From an uncultured Clostridia bacterium (GTDB lineage: Bacteria; Bacillota; Clostridia; TANB77; CAG-508): 64,000 nt of DNA. Positions 37,913 through 47,913 of the stretch are shown one piece after another (the stretch's first letter is position 1; each line of letters begins with the position of its first letter). The stretch covers positions 795 to 64,794 of the forward strand of contig CALXNM010000004.1 in NCBI GenBank assembly GCA_944389745.1, read 5' to 3'. The position numbers and the translations under genes are program-made. A model generated the notes under the pieces. It was not told the DNA's origin and did no database searches. It worked only from the letters and a program-made list of their open reading frames with translations.

Positions 37913-40900
37913 TTATCTATTTATTTTATTATTATTTTTTGTATGCTTTTCCTGTTTGCTGTTATTTTTGTTAATTATTTTTCTTAAAATAGCTAATGCT
38001 ATTATAGCTACAGCTATTATTGAAACAACTATTATTGCGCCATTGGCTTGTGGTTTGCTTTCTTCGTTTGTATCATAGTTGTAAACGCTTTCTAGTCCAT
38101 TTTGTTTTATCTTTTCTGTTTCTGATACTGGATTTTCTTCTTCTCCATTTAGTATTTCATCTTCACTGTATACTTCATATTCTCCTGTATCTGCATTGTA
38201 TACTGTAATGTAATTGTTGTCAGTTGTAGTATTTGTGTTGGTACTTGAGCTGTTGCTTGTGCCTTCTGTTCTTGTTGTTAGGTTTTCATTATTACTATTC
38301 TCTATAGTGTTGTTTTCATTTGTAATTCCTGTTTCATTTTTATTATTTTCTTGTATCGCTTCTTCAATTGGCAATTTTGCTAATTTTGCTTCTAGTTCTT
38401 TACTCTTTGCATACTCTTGTTGTTTTTGCTCATAATCACTCCATATACTTGATATGCTTCCTGTTATGTAATCAGTTAAGCTTGAATCAGCTTTTTCTTC
38501 GTTTTCATAAACTATATTTCCAGTTACATAGTTAAATATTAGTACTTTTCCAGAATTGTATAGAACCATCGTTTCTGGATTTTCAGCATCTGTGTTTTGC
38601 ACTATTTGTTTTATATTTCTGTTTAAGAAGTTTTCTGGGTATTGTAGCCTTTCTTTTAAGTCTATTAACTCACCTGCACTATTTAATATTGTCTGATATT
38701 CTTTGTTGTTGTAATTATCTACTATGTAGTTATCTATTTTCATATCCAAGCTATTTGATAATGCTGATAGTTCTCCGCTTCTTACATTGTATATTTGTTG
38801 TTTTATATTGCCATTTACTATGCTATATGTTCCATATCTTTCTATGGTGCTACCGTTGTAGCTGTATGTATGGAGTGGAGTCGTAGTTTGTTGTAATGAG
38901 GTTGTAACCACTCCGGCTGTGACTGTTTCGCCTGTTATTCTATCTGTAGATTCTGCTACAACTTCATTGTATGTGTTCTCATTTGTTGAATTTACATCTG
39001 TATTGTTTTCATTTTTGCTATCTTCTGCATTTGTTACTGTTTGTTTCGTTGCAATATCCACAATTTGTCCACTGCTATTTAGTGCATAACCGTCATATAC
39101 ATTTACATATTCACCTTGTTGTAATTCTCCGTTTATGTATAAACTTGTGCCAAGTAAATATGCATTGTTGCTACCTACTAAGCTTGCATTGCTTCTTACA
39201 TCTTCTGGTGTGATTGTTATAACGTCTTCATCTACGCCGTTTGTTAGTTTAATTTCTAATGTGTCTCGATAGTTATATTTGAAGGTATATGTTTTTTGTG
39301 TTAGCTCAATTGATTCATTTACATTCAATCCTTCATTTGTATTTTCTATAATTTGTTCACTATTTACACTTTGCTCGATTGTTTCACTTCCACTTTCCAC
39401 ATTTTCACCGTTTACGCTGTACGCAAAACTTACTCCTTCTGGAATATCACTAAAATCTATATTTATCTCATCTACCTTTGTTGGATACACTTTATAACTT
39501 GGTAATGATTCTACACTTTGTGTTGATATTCCATTTTCGTCCGTTATATTGTTTGTGTTAGCTCCGGTTCCATTTGCATTATTGTCATCATTCTCATCAC
39601 TAACACTTAATGAGTTTAACTCTGTAATTTCCGGATCTGTTGGTAATTCTACACCAATTTGTAGTTCTGGATAGTATAAGTATGAATCTTTTATTTTTGG
39701 ATATTTGCCATCTGACACTGATGCATAGTTCCAGTATGTTGTTCCTAATCCAATTTTACCTGAGAATGTATTTTGTTTATCTAGGTCTGTTCTTACTAAA
39801 TATTGGCTATCTTTTATATTGTCATTTGCTGCATATGCATAGTTTCCATTTAATGTACTGTATTTGTATACATATGTGTTCTCTATATATGGATTTTCAT
39901 CTGGTCTTCCTCCAATTATTAGTGAACCTGTTGAAGTGTTTGTACTTATTACATCGGCATCAATGTAGTTGTTGTAATAAAATGATTGGTCTCTATATAT
40001 TTCTTTTGCTATATCTCCAATTAAGCCACCTGCTTTAGAAGAAGCTTCCACCTTTGTGTCCAATACCATTGTATTATATACGCTTATTTGATATCTTGAT
40101 GCATTCATGTTTGTATTGTTCATATACCCTATTATTCCGCCTGCACAATTATTATCTGCTTTTATATCAGCATTTACATACACATGATAATAAGAACCAT
40201 AGTTTGTTAATCCAATAACTCCACCCACATTTGCTCCAGCATGTATTACGCAATTATTCACTAAACCATAAATTTCATTACTTGAAATTGTCGCACTATT
40301 TGTTTTACCAGTAACTCCTCCCACATTTCTGCCATTAGAATTTATCTCAGAGTTTGTGATTTCAAAATAACGAAGTGTATGCCAACTTCCTACCCCTAAC
40401 AATCCTCCAACATTTTGGGAATTTATAGAAGAAGCAATTATAGAAGAATTATCAACACTCCAAAACCTACTAATACTCATACTTACAAAACCGACCACAC
40501 CACCTATATTACTACCGTCTCCGGTTATTTTACATGAATTAATCTCTATATACTTTCTTGCAAAAGAAGTATCAGACGAAGCATTATTATATCCGGCATA
40601 TCCCCCAACATAGCTACCTCCATAGATTTCAGTATTTACCACTTCTATATATGTAATTTCTCCATTATAAGCAAGCCCAAATACTCCTCCGGTATTATCT
40701 TTTCCTGTTATATTTGAATTTTTTATGGAAATATTACTTTCTTCTATATAATTTCCGGTTTGATGGCCTATAATACCTCCAACATAATCCCCTTTTCCAT
40801 CTACTGTTATGTTATCTCCTACTATATTTTTTATTTCTCCACTTGTACTTAATCCAATGTCTCCTGCAAGCCCTCCTACATAACTACCTCCATTTAAAGT

Positions 40901-43900
40901 TATGTCTTTAAGCTTTATATTTTCAATATTTCCCGAAGTCATACCTCCTATCATACCAATATAGTCCATACTACTTGCTTCAATGCTTATATTGTTAAAT
41001 GTTAGGTTTGCAATCTCACCATTATTTGTTGCTATTATTCCAAAATATTCACCGTCACCACTCGTATTTGCAAGTACAATATTTTCGAATCCTATGTTCT
41101 TTATACTTGTTCTTACATTATTTATTAGTCCCACGTTTACTCCATTAAATTCTAATTCTATATTTTTTAGTGTGTATACATTGTTTTCTGCTTCTAGCCT
41201 ATTTACAGTTATATTATTTTTTATATTTGTTTTTCCACTAAAATCTATATCTGCCATTAATCTATAATTTTGAAATGTTCCTTCCTCTATCGATTGCCAA
41301 TCTTCATATGTATATATTTCTTTATAAAATTGTACATTTATTTCTATTTCTATGCTTTTTTCTTGTTCTTCCCCATCTAAATTTATATATTTTATCCCTG
41401 TTAATTTATAAGTATCATAGTATCTATTAGGTGTTGCATAAACCTCTATATTGGTTATTCCGTTTTGTGTTACATTTCTCGTTATATTATTTACCTGCAT
41501 ATCCTCTATTTCTATCCCTGTTATTTTTATTTCTTCAGGATTGCTTATTCTTACAGATATTTCAGCTTCTGTAGTATTAGGTTTCGATGCTTCTACACTT
41601 TCCACTTCTAAATTTACTTCGCCACCAGATGTATCATCTACATAGATATTTGTTTGATTTGGTAGTAACTCCGTTCCATCTGTGTTATATAATTTTGGTA
41701 ACACACCATTAGTCTTACTATCATAATTATACCTATCTCCTAAATCTAAGTTCAATATTTCTTCTTGATTTATTAATATAGCTCCTTTTGCTTCATCTCT
41801 TGCATATCCATTTAATAATTGATTTTCATATGCATAATTATCGGTTATATCCGTGCTGTTTCCTATTATTCTATTTACGGCATCTATTCCTGATGTTGTA
41901 AATATATTCCCTACACTCAAGTTATTTATTATATTTGTAGAGGCATCAGATCCTGAATATAATCCAATAATGCCTCCCACATTAATATTTGTGGTTGAAA
42001 TATTTACTTTTGAATAACAATTTTCTAAGTTTATTTTTGATGCTGCTCCAATTATACCGCCCACTTTATTGTTTTCTGAAATTATTGTTCCTTCAGCATA
42101 ACAATTTTTTATACTATTAGATTCTGAACTACCGTGGCCTACTATTCCTCCAACAGCTGAATTAACTGCTCTTGTATCTTGTATATTTATTCCTTTTGAA
42201 TAGCAATTTTCTATAGTTGTACTATAACTATATCCTATTATTCCACCTATATACATTGTACTAGGTGTTTCTTCTATATTTGCATTTATTTGTATATTAT
42301 TTATTGAACAATTTCTTACACTACTCATATACGTATAGTTTATAATACCACCACAATATCCACTCTCTGTTTTTACAATATTAACATCCGTCATATGAAC
42401 ATCATCAATTAAAGTTCCTGTACCAGCATATGCAATAACTCCTCCATTGGTTGTAATTTCTTGATTAAAATTTTTAATGTATATATTCTTTAAGGTTCCT
42501 CCATTTAAATTTTTTATAAGTGAACTATTAGATAAATTTATATTTGATATACTATGTTCATTACCATTTATTATTCCATTTACATTACTTAAAGCTACTG
42601 TATTTCCTTCATTTATAAAGTTTAAATCTGCCATTAGCATATAATTTTCAGTTGGTGAATCATTCATCTCTTTCCAGTCATTAACATTCCATATTTCTTT
42701 ATATAAATCCACATTTATTACTCTTTCACCTGGATCATATGGTCTTGTATATGAACTTCCAAAAGCTCCTTTGTTACTTATACTTAGTATGTCATAACTT
42801 GATACGCAGATTACTGGATTTTTTAATTCTGCTATTACTGTACTTTTTCCATTACTATACTCTTGTGATAGAATTTCAACATCTATATTTTGTATTTTAA
42901 TATCACTTATTTGTTCAGCTGATGGATTATTTACACTAAACTGAACCTTTACTGTATCAGTTCCTTGCTCTAACACTTTAGTTGACAGTATATCTGGTAA
43001 GTCCGCATCTTCTACTTCAGGTAGCTTTATATATTCTTGTGCTGGCATTACATCAGGCATAATCAATTGTGGATAATAACCTTGGTTGACAAGTTCATCT
43101 ACATTAAATGCATCGTCACCGTTTATTAGTTGATTTTGAAAAGTAGCATCCCATAGCGACAATTTATTACCTTTTGTTTCTAATTCACCTGTAAATATTT
43201 CATCTGCAAAATAATAGTTATTATAAACTTTTTTTGAAGTTTTGGTATATACATTAGGTCCATAAGATAAGTTAGTATTTTCTCCAGTTCCAACAGAATA
43301 AACCTTTTGTATTGTAGAATTATTTTCGATTTCAACAACAATATTTCCTTTGTTATTGCCTACGTCCACTAAATTATCTATGCCTACTAGTGTAAACACA
43401 TTCTCTACAATTGCATTATTAATATTCGAAACAGCAATCTCCCCAACACTTGTTCCTAAGCTACTGGACTCATTTAACACTTTAATGTTTTTACCATAAA
43501 TATATCCATTTCTAATCACTCCGGAATTATTGCCAACCAATAAAGAGGCACTTCTCAAAATATATAATGGCTCTTGTAAATTAACAATAAAATTTTCTAT
43601 AGTTCCATAGTTATTTCTCGCACAGAAATATATAATCGTATTATTTTGTTCCGTTGATTCTATCAAATTAATCTGTATATTTCTTATTGTTCCATAATTA
43701 TAAGAAACAAACATTCCTTGTATAGATACTTCTATTTCGTTATTCATTTTTATATTGAAAACTAGATTTTCTAATATTCCTTTATCTCCTATATTTCTGA
43801 ATATTGAGTCTCCTCTTGTGTCTCTTATAATTGATTTTCCATTAAAATTAATCTTACCTTCAAAATATAAATCATTACATCCAAATCTATACTGACCCCA

Positions 43901-46900
43901 AGAAACATTAGAATATCTTGTAAAATCTAGATCATCTAACACAATATATTCTCCGTATGGTTGTATTTTTAGAAAGTCATTTAAATTAAATATTCCTTTT
44001 AATTCTTTTGAACTTTCTGTTGAGAATTCTTGTGAATCTAGTTCATAGTATCTCTCTTCAATTTTCACTAATAGTTCTATTTTGTAATTTGCATCTGGTT
44101 CTATGTTATATGTTTTTTGCACATTTTCTACTTTATTGTCTTCCCCTAATTCTTCATATCTTATTTCTTGAATTTGTTTGTCGTTTTTGTAAATTCTTAT
44201 GTAATAGTCATTTGTTGTTATTTCATTTCTTGCATCATTCACTGTTACTAAAACATTTGCATTGTAATCGTATTTAAATTCTTCGTAATCGGTTTTTCTA
44301 TTGCCAATCTCTGCTTGTAAGTCTTGTATTTCAACTGAAGCATTATCATTTACTATATGAAATCCTATATAGCCAGTTTTGCTTAACGTAACCGTGTATA
44401 TGTACTCTTGCCAGTCGCTCGTTAAATCATTTATTGTATAATAAGTAGAACAACTTGTATTGTTAAAATCATCACTTGCTTTTTCAATGATACTTATATT
44501 TGTACTATCTGCAGTTCTTGCTTTAAAACTTATTGTTACTGCTTGTCCTAAATATTTGCTTAAGTCATAGTATGTACGTCTTCTATCGCTTGTAAAACCT
44601 TTTAGAGTTAAAATTTTTGTATTTTCATTATAATTAAAACCATATTCATAACTTGTATTGAAACATCTTTCATACCAATTAACTTTTGATGATACATCTA
44701 TTAAGTTCTTACCTGTTGGTGTTTTTTCTAAACCTATTAAATCTAGGTTACCGCTTATTCCAGTTTCAGTAACAATCTCTATTTCTTTTAATATGTAATC
44801 TGCTTCATATGTTGCATCTGTGCTTCCTATGTTATATTGTGGTGCATATACAATAATTCTGTATGTTTCATTTGGCGTTAGGGCTTCGTATGTTTTTCTT
44901 TCATATTCTGAATTTGTTGACATTTCACTTAAGTCTATTAATTTATTGTCTTTGTCTCTTACTTCTATTCTTACTTTATCCACAAGTACTGCTCCATCTA
45001 GGTCTTCTATTCTCATGTCTAGGTCTATCATTGTTCCTATTACAAATTGGTTTCTTATTTGTACTTCTGCCGGCATTTTTAATGTTATTATTTGTTCTAA
45101 GTTTTGTTTATCTTCTACTACCTGTTCTATCGAGCCTTGTTTTACTGTGGGTATTACATCTATTCTATATTTTGTATTAGAGTTTAATTGCTCTAGGTTT
45201 AATTCTATTTCTTCCGATACTTTTAATTGTTCAACTTGTTCATCTGTTAATGTTATTCTTTTTATTTCTGTTTCTTCTGGCTCTTCTCCTTCTTCATATT
45301 CTATATTTTTACCTTGGTCATAAACAACAACCTCTACTTTATTTAATATTGCCACTAATCTTGCATCAGTTTGAACTGTATCTATGCTTATTCCTAAATT
45401 CATACTGTTTTGTGTTACTTCTTTATCATCTATTTTTACTTGCATATATCCAAGGGATGCTAGTGGTCTTGTAACAAAGCTTGCTTTTCCTATTTCTGAA
45501 TTAGTGTGAACTCCTTCTCCATTTTCTATGTCGTAATCTCCATAAATTGTGATTTGGTAGTATCCATTTGGATCAAGGTCATTGAATATTAATGTTTCTT
45601 TATCTTTGTTCTTATCTAATGTACCTTGTTTTACTACATCTCCACTTTGGTTTGTTATTTCATATCTATAATTTTCTAGTTTTACATTGTCTTTGTTTGT
45701 TAAGCTTATTTCAAGGTCTACTTCTGTTACATCTTGCTTCGTTACTCTTATGCTTGCACTTGGCGCTTGTTTTGATGTTATTGTTTCTCCTGTATTGTTC
45801 TTCTCTTTTAATTCATTTCCGAATCTATCAAATGCCGTTATTTTATATTTTATCTTGCTATTTGATGTTAGATTTTCATTCGTTTGGAAAGTTATTTCTT
45901 TTCCTGCTTTTAATTCATCTATTTGGTCATTTGTTAGTCTATATGCTGCATCTCCTATTTCTACTTGTAGTCTTGAAATTCCACGTATTACTTCTTCATT
46001 TAAGTCATTATTTAGTTTTAAGTGTATTAATTCTATTTTGTTTGAATATATTTTTCCGTTTTGGAAGCTAAAGTCTATTGTTCCTAATGCACTTATTGGT
46101 TTTGTTTTTACTGTTCCATTGTAGAATACTTCTTCTTGGTCTTTTCCGTCTTCATCATTGTAGTAGAATATTCCTCTAATCTCATATTCTGAGCTTGGTT
46201 GTAATCCTGTTATTTCAAGTAATCCTGTTTGTGTTGCTTGTACTCTTCTATTTAATCTTCCATCTAAATATATTTCAAATATTACTCCTCTTGATATTAC
46301 TCCTGCTCTATCTGTTACTGATAAGTTTGTACTTATTGTATACACTTCACCTTCGAAGTCTGTGCACTTTACTTCTGGTTTTTCCCATTGTCCTTCTTGC
46401 CATTTTTGTTCATCTGGATTATTTGTTTCTACTTTGTCTATATTTGAATTATTTTCTTCATGTGTTGTGTTGTCTTCTTTTACTGTGTTTTCTTCTATTA
46501 TGTTTTCATTTTCTTCGTTGTTAATACTTTCTTCTACCTGTATGATTCTTAATCTTTCTAAGAATGTTTTGTATGAAATAGTTTCACCATTTACTTCTAT
46601 CTTAGAATCCATGTCTATATCATTTATTCTTTTATACTGCATGTACCAATTCTGTACATCAGAGTCGTCTTGCATCTCATAATATGCTATATAATCTTCT
46701 GTGAAATATATATTGCTGAATTCTTTTATTTCATACTCATTTGATGAAGTTGTTATTTTTATCTTGCCTACGTTTGTGAAAATTTGGTCTTCACTCTTTA
46801 AGAATATGTATTTGTTTCCATCTGCTCTTGTTATATCTGCTCCATTATACATTACTCCATCTGTCATCATGAAGTCTGGGTATCCTTCTACCTCTTCATA

Positions 46901-47365
46901 ATTTACTGTTATTAATTTTGTATTTTTACCTATGTTTAGTAATGCATTTCCTTCATTAATATATATTGGATAGTTTATATCTATCTCTTTTTTATCATCT
47001 TCTCCAATATAATATGAATTTAATCTTTTATATAATAGGTCATTTTCATGTACTTCAATTAGGCCTAAGTATGGGTTCACATTAGACACATCACTATTTT
47101 TTAGGTTTTCAACCATACTTTTTCCTTCTACCGCATAACCACCATATGTGATAATCATTTCTGGCGCATATCTTAAAAATACATAATAGATAATTGCTAT
47201 TATGATAATCATTAAGATTAACCCTATTAATATAAAGGTTGGCAAATTCTTTGTATTTATTTTTTTCGTTTTATTATTATTTAACCCATTATTCTTTTGA
47301 CTATTTTGCTTATTTATTTTTCTATTTTCCCTTGCCTCAGCATTTCTAACTTGTCTGTTTTTCAC
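37913..47365 (-). CDS. Giant surface protein paralog 3 (3150 aa)
   Basis: An uninterrupted 9.45-kb ORF with a GTG start. It has the same architecture as paralogs 1 and 2. Confidence 0.9.
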   Translation of the reverse strand: MKNRQVRNAEARENRKINKQNSQKNNGLNNNKTKKINTKNLPTFILIGLILMIIIIAIIYYVFLRYAPEMIITYGGYAVEGKSMVENLKNSDVSNVNPYLGLIEVHENDLLYKRLNSYYIGEDDKKEIDINYPIYINEGNALLNIGKNTKLITVNYEEVEGYPDFMMTDGVMYNGADITRADGNKYIFLKSEDQIFTNVGKIKITTSSNEYEIKEFSNIYFTEDYIAYYEMQDDSDVQNWYMQYKRINDIDMDSKIEVNGETISYKTFLERLRIIQVEESINNEENENIIEENTVKEDNTTHEENNSNIDKVETNNPDEQKWQEGQWEKPEVKCTDFEGEVYTISTNLSVTDRAGVISRGVIFEIYLDGRLNRRVQATQTGLLEITGLQPSSEYEIRGIFYYNDEDGKDQEEVFYNGTVKTKPISALGTIDFSFQNGKIYSNKIELIHLKLNNDLNEEVIRGISRLQVEIGDAAYRLTNDQIDELKAGKEITFQTNENLTSNSKIKYKITAFDRFGNELKEKNNTGETITSKQAPSASIRVTKQDVTEVDLEISLTNKDNVKLENYRYEITNQSGDVVKQGTLDKNKDKETLIFNDLDPNGYYQITIYGDYDIENGEGVHTNSEIGKASFVTRPLASLGYMQVKIDDKEVTQNSMNLGISIDTVQTDARLVAILNKVEVVVYDQGKNIEYEEGEEPEETEIKRITLTDEQVEQLKVSEEIELNLEQLNSNTKYRIDVIPTVKQGSIEQVVEDKQNLEQIITLKMPAEVQIRNQFVIGTMIDLDMRIEDLDGAVLVDKVRIEVRDKDNKLIDLSEMSTNSEYERKTYEALTPNETYRIIVYAPQYNIGSTDATYEADYILKEIEIVTETGISGNLDLIGLEKTPTGKNLIDVSSKVNWYERCFNTSYEYGFNYNENTKILTLKGFTSDRRRTYYDLSKYLGQAVTISFKARTADSTNISIIEKASDDFNNTSCSTYYTINDLTSDWQEYIYTVTLSKTGYIGFHIVNDNASVEIQDLQAEIGNRKTDYEEFKYDYNANVLVTVNDARNEITTNDYYIRIYKNDKQIQEIRYEELGEDNKVENVQKTYNIEPDANYKIELLVKIEERYYELDSQEFSTESSKELKGIFNLNDFLKIQPYGEYIVLDDLDFTRYSNVSWGQYRFGCNDLYFEGKINFNGKSIIRDTRGDSIFRNIGDKGILENLVFNIKMNNEIEVSIQGMFVSYNYGTIRNIQINLIESTEQNNTIIYFCARNNYGTIENFIVNLQEPLYILRSASLLVGNNSGVIRNGYIYGKNIKVLNESSSLGTSVGEIAVSNINNAIVENVFTLVGIDNLVDVGNNKGNIVVEIENNSTIQKVYSVGTGENTNLSYGPNVYTKTSKKVYNNYYFADEIFTGELETKGNKLSLWDATFQNQLINGDDAFNVDELVNQGYYPQLIMPDVMPAQEYIKLPEVEDADLPDILSTKVLEQGTDTVKVQFSVNNPSAEQISDIKIQNIDVEILSQEYSNGKSTVIAELKNPVICVSSYDILSISNKGAFGSSYTRPYDPGERVINVDLYKEIWNVNDWKEMNDSPTENYMLMADLNFINEGNTVALSNVNGIINGNEHSISNINLSNSSLIKNLNGGTLKNIYIKNFNQEITTNGGVIAYAGTGTLIDDVHMTDVNIVKTESGYCGGIINYTYMSSVRNCSINNIQINANIEETPSTMYIGGIIGYSYSTTIENCYSKGINIQDTRAVNSAVGGIVGHGSSESNSIKNCYAEGTIISENNKVGGIIGAASKINLENCYSKVNISTTNINVGGIIGLYSGSDASTNIINNLSVGNIFTTSGIDAVNRIIGNSTDITDNYAYENQLLNGYARDEAKGAILINQEEILNLDLGDRYNYDSKTNGVLPKLYNTDGTELLPNQTNIYVDDTSGGEVNLEVESVEASKPNTTEAEISVRISNPEEIKITGIEIEDMQVNNITRNVTQNGITNIEVYATPNRYYDTYKLTGIKYINLDGEEQEKSIEIEINVQFYKEIYTYEDWQSIEEGTFQNYRLMADIDFSGKTNIKNNITVNRLEAENNVYTLKNIELEFNGVNVGLINNVRTSIKNIGFENIVLANTSGDGEYFGIIATNNGEIANLTFNNISIEASSMDYIGMIGGMTSGNIENIKLKDITLNGGSYVGGLAGDIGLSTSGEIKNIVGDNITVDGKGDYVGGIIGHQTGNYIEESNISIKNSNITGKDNTGGVFGLAYNGEITYIEVVNTEIYGGSYVGGYAGYNNASSDTSFARKYIEINSCKITGDGSNIGGVVGFVSMSISRFWSVDNSSIIASSINSQNVGGLLGVGSWHTLRYFEITNSEINSNGRNVGGVTGKTNSATISSNEIYGLVNNCVIHAGANVGGVIGLTNYGSYYHVYVNADIKADNNCAGGIIGYMNNTNMNASRYQISVYNTMVLDTKVEASSKAGGLIGDIAKEIYRDQSFYYNNYIDADVISTNTSTGSLIIGGRPDENPYIENTYVYKYSTLNGNYAYAANDNIKDSQYLVRTDLDKQNTFSGKIGLGTTYWNYASVSDGKYPKIKDSYLYYPELQIGVELPTDPEITELNSLSVSDENDDNNANGTGANTNNITDENGISTQSVESLPSYKVYPTKVDEINIDFSDIPEGVSFAYSVNGENVESGSETIEQSVNSEQIIENTNEGLNVNESIELTQKTYTFKYNYRDTLEIKLTNGVDEDVITITPEDVRSNASLVGSNNAYLLGTSLYINGELQQGEYVNVYDGYALNSSGQIVDIATKQTVTNAEDSKNENNTDVNSTNENTYNEVVAESTDRITGETVTAGVVTTSLQQTTTPLHTYSYNGSTIERYGTYSIVNGNIKQQIYNVRSGELSALSNSLDMKIDNYIVDNYNNKEYQTILNSAGELIDLKERLQYPENFLNRNIKQIVQNTDAENPETMVLYNSGKVLIFNYVTGNIVYENEEKADSSLTDYITGSISSIWSDYEQKQQEYAKSKELEAKLAKLPIEEAIQENNKNETGITNENNTIENSNNENLTTRTEGTSNSSSTNTNTTTDNNYITVYNADTGEYEVYSEDEILNGEEENPVSETEKIKQNGLESVYNYDTNEESKPQANGAIIVVSIIAVAIIALAILRKIINKNNSKQEKHTKNNNKINR

Positions 47366-47456
47366 TTCTCATCTATCCTTTCTGCTTTTGCTTTTTATAA
47401 ATTTTCTCTAAAACATTTAGTTCAATATTATTTGTTTACTTTGCTTTTTTACACGC

Positions 47457-47523
47457 AAAAAAGGATAGGCCATATCACCATAAATGTTTCTTTTACAAAC
47501 ATTTACAGTAATACAGTCTATCC
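47457..47523 (-). terminator. Leader terminator L3
   Basis: GGATAGACTGTATTACTGTAAATGTTT...AAACATTTATGGTGATATGGCCTATCC, then TTTTTTG. 26 of 27 positions pair, including G-U wobbles. Confidence 0.7.
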
Positions 47524-47595
47524 TTGTTATTACTTTATTTATATATTCAATTCCAAGCACGCTTAATAAAATTCTTCCTGCAAAGAACTTTTTAC

Positions 47596-47697
47596 TTAAT
47601 AGTGTACATATTCTCTTCCAATTCTTTTGGTAAGAACATAGTGTGTGTGTGTGTGTGTGTGTGTGTGTACAGCGCCAAGGCTTACGTGCTTCGTCAT
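47596..47697 (-). CDS. Leader uORF3 (33 aa, MTKHVSLGAVHTHTHTHTHYVLTKRIGREYVHY) containing (AC)14
   Basis: The ATG frame stops at the TAA at 47596-47598, upstream of the terminator. Confidence 0.35.
   Translation of the reverse strand: MTKHVSLGAVHTHTHTHTHYVLTKRIGREYVHY
47641..47668 (-). repeat. Dinucleotide SSR: (GT)14 on the plus strand, (AC)14 in the transcript sense
   Basis: Direct count of the tract. Confidence 0.95.
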
Positions 47698-47770
47698 TTT
47701 TTAGTTTTTCCTTTCATTCTTTTTTTTAGTTATCTGCATTTTAAAGTTTTCGCCTTCTACAGATAATTTT

Positions 47771-47798
47771 ATTATAACATAAAAAATTTTATTTGAAT
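47771..47798 (-). promoter_or_regulatory. Leader promoter P-L3
   Basis: On the minus strand: ATTCAA/TTCAAA, a 15-16 nt spacer, then TGTTATAAT. Confidence 0.5.
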
Positions 47799-47913
47799 AT
47801 TATTTTCTAATTTTTTATAAATTTTTTAATTACAGCACTCCACGACGCGAAGTATTCTATTTTTCAAAACACATTATCTGTGATATAATATATAATATTA
47901 ATTTTGGAGGATT

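Noticed and set aside
24836-47668. The dinucleotide tracts and GGGACAG repeats might be a CRISPR array or plain assembly artefacts.
   Set aside because: There is no repeat-spacer periodicity. The SSRs are single tracts located at the homologous position of four otherwise well-assembled, diverged leader copies, which artefacts would not produce. Exact unit counts could still be wrong by a unit.
15191-47766. Dozens of plus-strand ORFs of 60-170 aa overlap the giant genes and their leaders. Examples are 21924-22385, 22922-23359, 33722-34093, 45592-46071 and 47524-47766.
   Set aside because: They are antisense shadows of the 9-kb minus-strand ORFs. Their Leu/Phe/Ser/Ile-rich, low-complexity translations lack RBSs, and similar ORFs recur in all three paralogs only because the DNA is homologous.
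15436-47800. The 32-kb block might be a prophage, ICE or transposon.
   Set aside because: I could not recognise any integrase, transposase, phage structural gene, conjugation gene, tRNA attachment site or terminal direct repeats. The block is better described as a tandem paralog array.
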